A program made the position numbers and the translations under genes. From Octopus sinensis (lineage: Eukaryota): DNA of 64,000 nt. Location: positions 744,001 to 808,000 of the forward strand of contig NC_043014.1 of NCBI RefSeq assembly GCF_006345805.1, given 5' to 3'. The notes beneath the pieces were generated by a model. That model saw only the letters and a list, made by a program, of their open reading frames with translations. It searched no databases and was not told where the DNA came from. Of this stretch, positions 11,055 to 20,466 are shown one piece after another (position 1 is the first letter of the stretch; the number at the start of each line of letters is the position of its first letter).

Positions 11055-14000
11055 TATATATTTTATCTAGTTTCAACTCACGAGCTGTGGCCATGCTGGG
11101 GCACCACCATTTGGTGTTGCTACATAATTTTACTTCACGAATGCTTTTTAGCAACTGTCATTTGCTGTATGAGAGAGTTCGATGCAGCTGCCCTCATCTG
11201 CACCTCCTGCCGTGAAGTTGGTTCATCCGGGACACCTGACAGGAAGAGATCCAGTCCTACTTTAAAGACATCCACATCCACCCCATGCAGGTCCCTCAGG
11301 TTCTTCGGGAGGATATTGAAGAGCTGTGGGCCTCTGAAGCCCAGGCTATCACAGTATCTTGTCCTACATCTTGATGGCAAATTTGGAGTCCTTGGCACCA
11401 CGTAGTGGCGCCCAGTTCTGGCATTTGTGTAACTCTCGATGCCAAAGTTTGGGACAAGTCCTTCCAGGATCTTCCAGATGTATATTATGGCATATCTTTC
11501 TCGCCTTCGCTCCAAGGAATAGAGTTTTAATCTCTTGAGTCTTTCCCAGTAGCTTATATGCTGCGCAGAGGCTATCTTCTTCGTGTAGCTTCGTTGGATC
11601 GCCTCAAGTTCTGTGATTAACTTGATACTGGATGGTGACCATAGCTGAGAGCAATAGTCAAAGTGGCTTAGGACAAATGTCCTCCAGAGGACCATCATGG
11701 TTTCTTGGTCTCTTGTTCTAAGAATCCATCCGGCCAGCCGTCTACATTTCATTGCCAATTTAGCAACATGTACACGAAAGGTTGCGTCATCACTCATGTA
11801 AATATCCAGGTCACGCACTGATTGTGCCTCTGGGATTGCAATCCCTCCAGGTCCAGTGTATTCATTGAGTATTGCATTTAGTTTTGCATGCTGATAGCGT
11901 AAAGCTTGAAACTTTTCAGTATTGAACTGCATGCTATTCTTTTCAGCCCACTTGTATATTTTGTCCAGCTCACATTGCAGGCGTTTAGTGTCTTCAGGGT
12001 TCTGTACTGCCTGTGAAACTTTTGTATCATCTGCATAACTTGTGATCGTGGCTGAGGGCATGTCTGAGAGGGCCATTATGAACAGTAGTGGTCCCAAAAC
12101 AGTGCCCTGCGGAACACCGCTCACTATTTGCATGTTAATGGAAGTGGCCCCATTGGCTACTACCACCTGACTTCTATCCTTCAGAAAGTCATGAAGCCAT
12201 TCTCCCAATTTTCCAACTATGCCAAGATCACGCAGTTTGTGACATATCATTCCATGATCGACTTTATCAAAGGCCTTTGCAAAGTTGAGATATATCACTT
12301 CCACATTTGAGTGGTTGAGCAGTCGTTTCAGCACCCAGTCATAGTGTTGTAGGAGCTGAGTTAAGCAGCTTCTTCCTGGTCGGAAACCATGATGGGTGTC
12401 AGGCAGCAAGTCATTTTCTTCAAGGAAGGTGATTAGTTTCCTTCTATTCGTTCCACGACCTTGCTGATGTGTGAGGTCAGAGAGATAGGTCTGTAGTTCT
12501 TGGTCTTCGCTCTGCTACCTCCTTTATGAATAGGGCATATTTTACCATCCTTCAGTTTTCTTGGAAGTTTGCCAGCTGCAAGGAAGCTCTGAAAGAGAGA
12601 CTGCAGTGGTCTTGCTAGGACTCTCTTACATACTTTTAGAAGGATTGCCGGGAATCCATCGGGGCCAGTAGCTGAGTTTGTTTTCATTTCATCTATAGCC
12701 TTTATTACATCGTCTTCCTTTATATTGATGTAATCAATCATCGCTGCCTCTGATTTTATATCTGCAGTGGTAAAGAAGTCAGTTGGATTGCTGATTTGGA
12801 AATGCCCAAGGGGTGGAGTGAAAACACTCTTGAATTGCTCATTTAGTATTTCACTTACCCTCATTGGATTTCCTGTGAGTGTGCCATCCTTTTCAAGGAG
12901 TGGCCCTATCCTACAGTGCACCGTAGCTGTTTCTTTGGCATACCTGTAGAAAGCTCTGGGGTTAGATTTTATGTTGTCTATAGCCCAGGCTTCTTTGTCT
13001 GCTCTTTCCTTTTCATGGGAGAGTTGCAGACATTTTTTGATTTCCAACAGTTTTATTTTTAGGCGGAACTTTTCACTGCTTTCAATCTGTTTGTTTAGGC
13101 GATTTGAAACTTTTGTACGCCATCTCATTAGAATTTTCCTCTCTCTGGGGATTTCGTTCTTGTGTACAGTGGCCTTTCTCTCTGGGACACATTAGTAGCA
13201 TATGGCTTGCATTACAGACATGAATTGTTGAAGTTTCATGTCGATGTCTGGTGAGGAGAGACATTCAGGCCAGTTTTGTTTGAGGATCTCTTTCTCAATT
13301 TGTTTCCAGTTTGCCTTATGGAAGTTCAAGCTGGAAAGATTCTGAGAGTTTCTTGTAGGCTGCATGTCCATGCTTTCCTTTGGCCCGTACATGGTCAGCT
13401 CTACCATGTTGTGATCCGAGAGTAGTGTTGGTGTCACTTTCACATTATGGATGAGATCCATATTATTTGTGAAGCAGAGATCCAGTATGTTACCTGCCCT
13501 GGTTGGTTGGAGTATTACTTGCTCCATGTACTGGGTGTTGATGAGGTTCAGGAGGGACCTCGCCTGTCCCCGTTCACATCGTGTCATTCCTGGGAGAGAA
13601 AGGCCCTCGGGCCATCTGACGTTGGGTAGATTGAAGTCTCCCATAAGAAGTACACTTATGTGTTGTTCTAATGTGACTAGAACTTCTATTTTTATAAGGC
13701 AGTCTTCAAACTTGCCTACATGATTTGGGACATCTGGAGGGCGATATGTAGCACACACAACTACACCAAGTTGCTTTATATGTACAATTAGTGTGTCACA
13801 CACCGAGTTTGAGTATGACAAAAGGACCTGGAGTGTGAGGTCCTCGCAGATGTACATAGCAACTCCACCATGACTCCTTTCTCTTCTGTCGGTCCGTAAT
13901 ACAACATACTGTGGTATGTGTAATTCCGCATCTGCTATGTCCGGTTTCAGGTGTGTTTCCGTAAGTGCTATGCATAAGGCTTGATTGCATGCAACAAAGT

Positions 14001-14130
14001 CTCTCAAGAACGGGATTTTTGTCCTGTTACTGAGTGTTAGCAGTCCTCTGATGTTCAGTAGGAGCATCGAGGTGATGTATGTGTTGTTGCCGGTGGTGTC
14101 CACCTTGAGTCTATTTGCTGTGGTGGTCTT
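11055..14130 (-). mobile_element. CR1-type LINE, almost complete ORF2 (APE + RT), disrupted
   Basis: LNIRGL, ALTETHL, GDFN, LSDH, YRPISLTS, SGVPQGTVLGPLLF, YADDTK, SLERRRERY. In-frame TAA at 13194-13192 and a frameshift near 12440. Confidence 0.92.
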
Positions 14131-14464
14131 GTGTATACATATACATATATATACACATACAACTAAAAATAAGGGTGTCTGAGAGACACCACCATGCCGA
14201 AATAGCAGTCAAATCCTTGACTCTAAAAACCACGTTAAATGTTCATATTGCACCATGATATAAGACGGAGGAACAAAATAGACGAGCAAAAAGATAATTA
14301 CTGAATAATTCAACATCCTGGATTTCTAGCTTTGCTTTAGTTGTAAAAAAATTATTACCTTTGTTGGTATTTCTCCCATGCTGGCCACTTGATAATATCG
14401 ATATTTAAATATCGATATTATCCTTATTTATAAATATATATACATATATAAATATACACATATA

Positions 14465-14868
14465 TCATCATCATCATCATCGTTTAACGTCCGTTCTCCA
14501 TGCTAGCATGGGTTGGACGGTTCGACCGGGGATCTGGGAAACCAGAAGGCTGCACCATGCTCCAGTCTTATCTGGCAGTGTTTCTACAGATGGATGCCCT
14601 TCCTAACGCCAACCACTCCGTGAGTGTAGTGGGTGCTTTTTATGTGCCACCTGCACAGGTGCCAGGTGAGGCTGGCAATGGCCACGGTCGGATTGGTGTA
14701 TTTTATGTGCCACCGGCACGGAAGCCAGTCGAGGCGGTGCTGGCATCGGCCACGAGTCGGATAGTGCTTTTTACGTACCACCAGACCAGGGATCCTGGCT
14801 GGTTCAATTCGATTTCGCTTGCCCCAACATGTCTTCACAAGCAAAGGGGGTTGGCATGGGTGCCTGTC
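14465..14868 (-). mobile_element. RTE 3' UTR fragment
   Basis: Same 3' UTR and (CAT)n tail as the other RTE copies. Confidence 0.85.
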
Positions 14869-14907
14869 GTATATATATATATATATATATACATATGTAT
14901 ATATACA

Positions 14908-15093
14908 CACGTAAAAAGCACCCACTACACTCACGGAGTGGTTGGCGTTAGGAAGGGCATCCAGCTGTAGAACATTGCCAGACAAGACTGGAGCCTGGTG
15001 CAGCCTTCTGGCTTCCCAGAACCCCGGTCGAACCGTCCAACCCATGCTAGCATGGAGAACGGACGTTAAACGATGATGATGATGATGATGATG
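14908..15093 (+). mobile_element. RTE 3' end fragment
   Basis: aaaaagcacccactacac...ggacgttaaacgatgatgat; reverse complement of about 14465-14645. Confidence 0.85.
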
Positions 15094-15144
15094 ACACACA
15101 CACATATATATATATACACACATATATATATATATACATATATA

Positions 15145-16390
15145 TATACACACACACACACATATATACATATATATATACACACACACACACATATATA
15201 CATATACACATATATAAATATATACATACACATATATATATATGGTGAACTGGCACAAGCATTAGTATGCTGGGCAAGATGCTTATTGGCATTCTGCCTG
15301 TCTTTATGTTCTGAGTTCAAATTCCACCAAGGTTAGCATTGCCTTTCATCCTTTTGGGGTCAATAAAACAAGTACCAGCTGAACACTGGGTTGGATGTAA
15401 TTGCCTTCGCCCTCCCCACAACTTGCTGGCTCTGGGCCAAAGTTTGAAAGTCAATCAATACACTCTGTATATTCAATTTTCTATTTACAATAAACTGGCA
15501 AGCTTATATTATTATAGCTGATGTTTGCAAGCAATCTTTCAGGCCCAAATATTCAACGTGGATGATCTTTGAAATGTGTGTGTCTGATATGACATCACCT
15601 GATGGTTGTAAATGAATGACCCTGACATAAACAGTGTCATTTATTTCCAATATTCTACAATGGGGAAATATTACCTTTCTTGGAAACAGGTTGATTGCAG
15701 GAAAGGGATCTGCCTCAGTAAATTCCATTTGACCCCACATTGAAAAGTAGATGTTAAAATGATATCACACACACACACACACACACATATATACATATAT
15801 ATATACACACACACACACATATATACATATACACATATATAAATATATACATACACATATATATATATGGTGAACTGGCACAAGCATTAGTATGCTGGGC
15901 AAGATGCTTATTGGCATTCTGCCTGTCTTTATGTTCTGAGTTCAAATTCCACCAAGGTTAGCATTGCCTTTCATCCTTTTGGGGTCAATAAAACAAGTAC
16001 CAGCTGAACACTGGGTTGGATGTAATTGCCTTCGCCCTCCCCACAACTTGCTGGCTCTGGGCCAAAGTTTGAAAGTCAATCAATACACTCTGTATATTCA
16101 ATTTTCTATTTACAATAAACTGGCAAGCTTATATTATTATAGCTGATGTTTGCAAGCAATCTTTCAGGCCCAAATATTCAACGTGGATGATCTTTGAAAT
16201 GTGTGTGTCTGATATGACATCACCTGATGGTTGTAAATGAATGACCCTGACATAAACAGTGTCATTTATTTCCAATATTCTACAATGGGGAAATATTACC
16301 TTTCTTGGAAACAGGTTGATTGCAGGAAAGGGATCTGCCTCAGTAAATTCCATTTGACCCCACATTGAAAAGTAGATGTTAAAATGATAT

Positions 16391-16410
<20 letters not shown>
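15145..16410. repeat. 625-bp tandem duplication (2 copies), each containing a Meta-type SINE
   Basis: Identical ORFs at 15339/15964 and 15504/16129 (offset 625); junctions lie in (CA)n(TA)n tracts. Confidence 0.95.
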
Positions 16411-16431
<21 letters not shown>

Positions 16432-16720
16432 TCACGTGATCACGTGACCGACCAGACCATCAGATGTTGTTACACATCGCTGGTCACAATGCATTCGCAT
16501 TGTTTTAGCCTTCGAATGACGCCCCCCCGCTGGCTAAGCGAGCAGGCCAACAGAAGAAAGAGTGGTGAAAGAGTACAGCAGGGATCACCACCCCCTGCCG
16601 GAGCCTCGTGGAGCTTTAAGGTGTTTTCGCTCAAACACACACAACGCCCGGTCTGGGAATCGAAACCGCGATCCTGCGACCGCGAGTCCGCTGCCCTAAC
16701 CACTAGGCCATTGCACCTCC
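16432..16720 (-). mobile_element. tRNA-derived SINE (family C)
   Basis: Minus-strand head GGAGGTGCAATGGCCTAGTGGTTAGGGCAG (A box) ... GGTTTCGATTCCC (B box); tail GGTCACGTGATCACGTGA. Confidence 0.8.
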
Positions 16721-16728
16721 AATATATA

Positions 16729-17107
16729 TGGCTGTGTGGTAAGTAGCTTGTTTACCAACCACATGGTTCCGGGTTCAGTCCCACTGCATGGCACCTTGGG
16801 CAAATGTCTTCTACTATAGCCTCGGGCCGACCAAAGCCTTGTGAGTGGATTTGGTAGACGGAAACTGAAAGAAGCCTGTCGTATATATGTATATATATAT
16901 ATGTGTGTGTGTTTGTCCCCCTAGCATTGCTTGACAACCGATGCTGGTGTGTTTATGTCCCCGTCACTTAGCGGTTCGGCAAAAGAGACCGATAGAATAA
17001 GTACTGGGCTTACAAAGAATAAGTCCCGGGGTCGAGTTGCTCGATTAAAGGCGGTGCTCCAGCATGGCCGCAGTCAAATGACTGAAACAAGTAAAAGAGA
17101 AAAGAGT
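16729..17107 (+). mobile_element. tRNA-derived SINE (family B; internal microsatellite, CR1-like 3' tail)
   Basis: TGGCTGTGTGGTAAG / GGTTCAGTCCC boxes and a CORE-like ccttgggcaa. Second long copy at 63540-63958; partial copies near 10.8, 31.9, 41.4, 45.9, 48.8, 52.4 and 58.2 kb. Confidence 0.85.
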
Positions 17108-17119
17108 AATATATATAGA

Positions 17120-17548
17120 GTCAATCCAAACAAGAAAAAGCAAAAATGTGAGGACGGGGTGCAAGTCCTGTTATTGGACGCTCAAGAAAAGAAAGAGGAA
17201 TTCACATTTTGAGTGGAGCTCTTCATCAGAAATATAGAAAACGTCCAAAGACAGAGAAAGAAAATCACCAATGATAGGCACAGAGTAGGGGTCATTGGTG
17301 GAGATAAAGTGGAAGGGTCCGGCAGAAATTGTAATGATTTCTGCAATGAAGGTGTAGAGTGGCGAAATCGGAATGAAGAGGAAGAGTAATCTGGAGATAG
17401 ATTCCAGGAATTAGGTCCTCCAGAGTCAGTCGGAAGGCCGGGGTCCGTGTGAACGTGTAGTCAATCCAAACAAGAACAAGGAAGAGAAAAGGACGTGAGG
17501 ATGTGGTGCAAGTGTTGTGTTACTTGGACGCTCAGGAAAGGAAATAAA
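17120..17548 (-). mobile_element. Penelope/retrozyme-like repeat with 340-bp-offset direct repeats
   Basis: gtcaatccaaacaag...ggacgctca occurs at 17120 and 17460; the minus strand carries a degenerate hammerhead-like CTGATGAAGAG-ctcca-CTC-AAAATGT. Confidence 0.5.
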
Positions 17549-18280
17549 TGGAAAAAAGCTATTTTGAAAAATTACTTTGGTAGCAGACTTAAAAAATAGT
17601 GTGTCTTTGAAAACTGCTTAAGAGCCATGAAGACTTTCTGAATGACAAAAGGATTCTGTTGTAAGCAGCAGAATTTATTCCAAACCAGAATATCTCTCTC
17701 CTTTGATGCCTTCTTTGATGCCTCTTCTTCGGCAATGGCTGTTATGGTCAGGCATTTTCTTCTTATACAACCAATACCTTGTTTGTGGGACTGACAGACA
17801 GAAACTATATGGAAGCCCATCAGTCTATCATTTCCATATTTATCCTACAGCAGCACCCAATTAATAACCATCCCCTAAAATTACTCTGGAAGATGGGGAT
17901 AAGGAGCAGGGGCCAGAAGAAATGGCAGAGGAGCTTTTTTTGAGGCAACCAAAAACGTTTCACCTAAAAAGAACTTAAAGGATATAAGATTCCGTTGAAT
18001 TAGGGGCTTGAATTGAAGCACCTTATTACTAGGTCACTATAATCTGCACACCCAAACAATATTAATTGAAAATTGAATATCAAGACTCCATGCAGGGGCG
18101 TTTGTACCTGATATTCCTGCCAGGTGTGCAGACACTGCAACGCAGCTGAGTGAAGATACCTGCTCTTGGTCATTCAGACAGGTACTTTTTTTATAAAGGT
18201 ACTTTCTGTAGTGTTTCTGAAATGCAAATTCGAAAATTAGGTGAACAGAATATAAATGAGTAACAAAGGTGTGTACAGGT

Positions 18281-18375
18281 GTCAATACATTTTGGCCGTT
18301 TCAAGCAGCTCCGTTTAATTGATTAATGAAGAATTACATCAATTTGAAAGAAACTGTTCTCGTCAGATGACCACA
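18281..18375 (-). ncRNA. Degenerate type I hammerhead-ribozyme-like motif
   Basis: CTGACGA, long stem II, GAAACGGCC; the cleavage triplet is mutated. Confidence 0.45.
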
Positions 18376-18652
18376 TAGACTTAAAACATAAAGATAAAAG
18401 AAAAGAAAAAGTTATAGCCTTTGTTTGAAGCCTATGCAGTCATCTGTACATCTTTGTGGCTCATTTATATTCTATATACATATGCATACACACACACACT
18501 GTATCTGTGTGTGTAGTCTCAATTTATATGACCCACCTTAGCTACATTTTTCTATAAAGAAGGCAATATTGAAATGACTGGATAAAAAATAGAACTGAAC
18601 TGATTTTTGTTAATTTGATATATTTATGTTTTTTTTTTATTATTTATTTCAG

Positions 18653-18673
18653 CATCAACTGGCTCCAGTGACG
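18653..18673 (+). CDS. 21-nt microexon of the Gly-rich/GPI-like gene (TSTGSSD)
   Basis: Long T-rich tract ...tatttatttcag|CATCAACTGGCTCCAGTGACG|gtaagt; symmetric phase 1. Confidence 0.7.
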
Positions 18674-18819
18674 GTAAGTGACCACTAAATTTTGATTGAA
18701 TCCCAGTTAAGGCAGAGTAGTGGGCCACATTCCACACAGGGGATAAGTGTTAAAGGCTGTACAGAACTGCAGTTAAAAGTGGTCCAGAAGAGCTGAAGGA
18801 ATGAACAGTGTCCAGCGAA

Positions 18820-19171
18820 TTAACCACTGTTCACTTCAAACTCTGTTAACCACTGTTCACTTCAAACTCTGTTAACCACCGTCCACTTCAAACTCTGTTA
18901 ACCACTGTTCACTTCAAACTCTGTTAACCACTGTTCACTTCAAACTCTGTTAACCACTGTTCACTTCAAACTCTGTTAACCACTGTTCACTTCAAACTCT
19001 GTTAACCACTGTTCACTTCAAACTCTGTTAACCACTGTTCACTTCAAACTATGTTAACCACTGTTCACTTCAAACTCTGTTAACCACTGTTCACTTCAAA
19101 CTATGTTAACCACTGTTCACTTCAAACTATGTTAACCACTGTTCACTTCAAACTCTGTTAACCATTGTTCA
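18820..19171. repeat. 26-bp minisatellite, about 13.5 copies (ttaaccactgttcacttcaaactctg)
   Basis: Directly visible contiguous tandem array with few variants. Confidence 0.97.
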
Positions 19172-19734
19172 TTCACATGTAAATGTTAAAACAGAAGGAA
19201 TTATTAGAAATATTATTTTGATTGTGCTGTTAACTTTTGAGAGAAAAGAAGTGAATTTTAGGCTAATAATAGTTGTAACCCTGGAAATATAGTAAGTGGT
19301 AATAATAATTGTAACCAAGTGGTCACAAGTTCAAAACTTACTCCTGCTGTTGTGTTAAATGCTAAGGAATAATATTAACTCTTCTTGTCTGAGTTTACAT
19401 GAATGACAATGGGTTTGATTATGCCTTAATGGTTGAGTGAGTTGCATTACTTTACTGATAACTTTAAAATATATGTAAGGGTAAGCAAAGCTTTTGAAGG
19501 CTTGTTGCAACCAGTTTCAGAATTGAGGTCCTGAAGAGATTTTAGTTTATACAAAAATGGTAATCCCTTCAAGAGTTTACAGGTAGACTTTGGTGTTAGC
19601 AATTCCACTTGAGGGATCACCTAAACCCACCAAAATGTACAACAAGTTACAAATTAGAAGTTTTTTTCTTTTGTAGAAATGTGTTTTACGATGGAGACTA
19701 ATTGAAGGTGTTTCTTTTTGTTTCTTTATTTCAG

Positions 19735-19808
19735 CTGCTAATTCTCTACTGATGGTGTGCAGTACAGGGTTGATTATGATGAACATCATTCAGACATGGC
19801 TCAACTGA
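19735..19808 (+). CDS. Terminal coding exon, GPI-signal-like tail (AANSLLMVCSTGLIMMNIIQTWLN*)
   Basis: Acceptor tttctttttgtttctttatttcag|, phase 1, TGA at 19806-19808. Small residues are followed by an uncharged hydrophobic C-terminus. Confidence 0.7.
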
Positions 19809-19971
19809 TCCTGTTTCCCTGGTACTCTTCACTGAAATTTAAATATTTCTAGTTTATACCTTATGGAAAAATTCTAAATTATTAAAACATTTCAAAATCA
19901 AGTATTTCAGATTTTATATTAATGACTTTCTAAATAACTGGTTGAATATTTTGTAATACTATTTTGTGGAA

Positions 19972-19977
19972 AATAAA
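19972..19977 (+). terminator. Candidate polyadenylation signal (AATAAA) of the plus-strand gene
   Basis: First canonical AATAAA after the stop at 19808; ATTAAA also occurs at 19881. Confidence 0.45.
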
Positions 19978-20385
19978 GACAATAGATTCTCTTGGAATTG
20001 GTTCCATGGCTGTGAGGTAATTGTGATTTGACTGCTAACATGGTCATGGGCCATAAACACTTGCAGGATAGTTTAGTCTTCAATATGAAGGACATCCAAC
20101 TGTAAAAATCTATGCAAATGTCAAAATTTGCATAACCATCCAACCCATTACATTCTAGAAAAAAACAATTATGATAATAATGAAAGTAATGTTTTTCTAA
20201 TATAAAGTCTTGTAAGAATGTCACTTGTCCTCATTCTCTAAAGTTGAGAGGAGATGCTGCTAGAATCTGTCTGTGATGTCTTTAAATCTTGCCACAGGAG
20301 TTTGTTTCAAGACTTTAAAGCAGCCATTGTGTGTTTGCCTCCTCAACTAATTCCTCACCAGGAATGGTTTCCATCTGGTCAACAT

Positions 20386-20466
20386 TTAAGAACATGGGCC
20401 CATGTTTTTGATCCAAGAAAACCATTTTGTCTCAAAATCTTCTGTTGATAAACTTTCAGGATTTTC
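20386..20466 (-). CDS. C8orf76: C8orf76-like terminal exon 9 (ENPESLSTEDFETKWFSWIKNMGPCS*)
   Basis: Acceptor tttatttactttttacag|; TAA at 20388-20386. EDFETKWF resembles EEFEDKWF. The nine exons total 1074 nt (357 aa). Confidence 0.9.
   Translation of the reverse strand, partial: ENPESLSTEDFETKWFSWIKNMGPCS

Noticed and set aside
14584-15336. Long YI/CV/HT-rich ORFs (also at 10.9, 42.9, 52.5, 55.8, 57.3 and 61.2 kb)
   Set aside because: Translations of microsatellites, minisatellites and RTE UTRs.
16640-16800. tRNA genes
   Set aside because: The A/B boxes belong to SINE heads that continue into SINE bodies; no complete cloverleaf is evident.
18820-19171. CRISPR-like array
   Set aside because: Units are contiguous with no unique spacers, the context is eukaryotic and there are no cas genes; it is a minisatellite.
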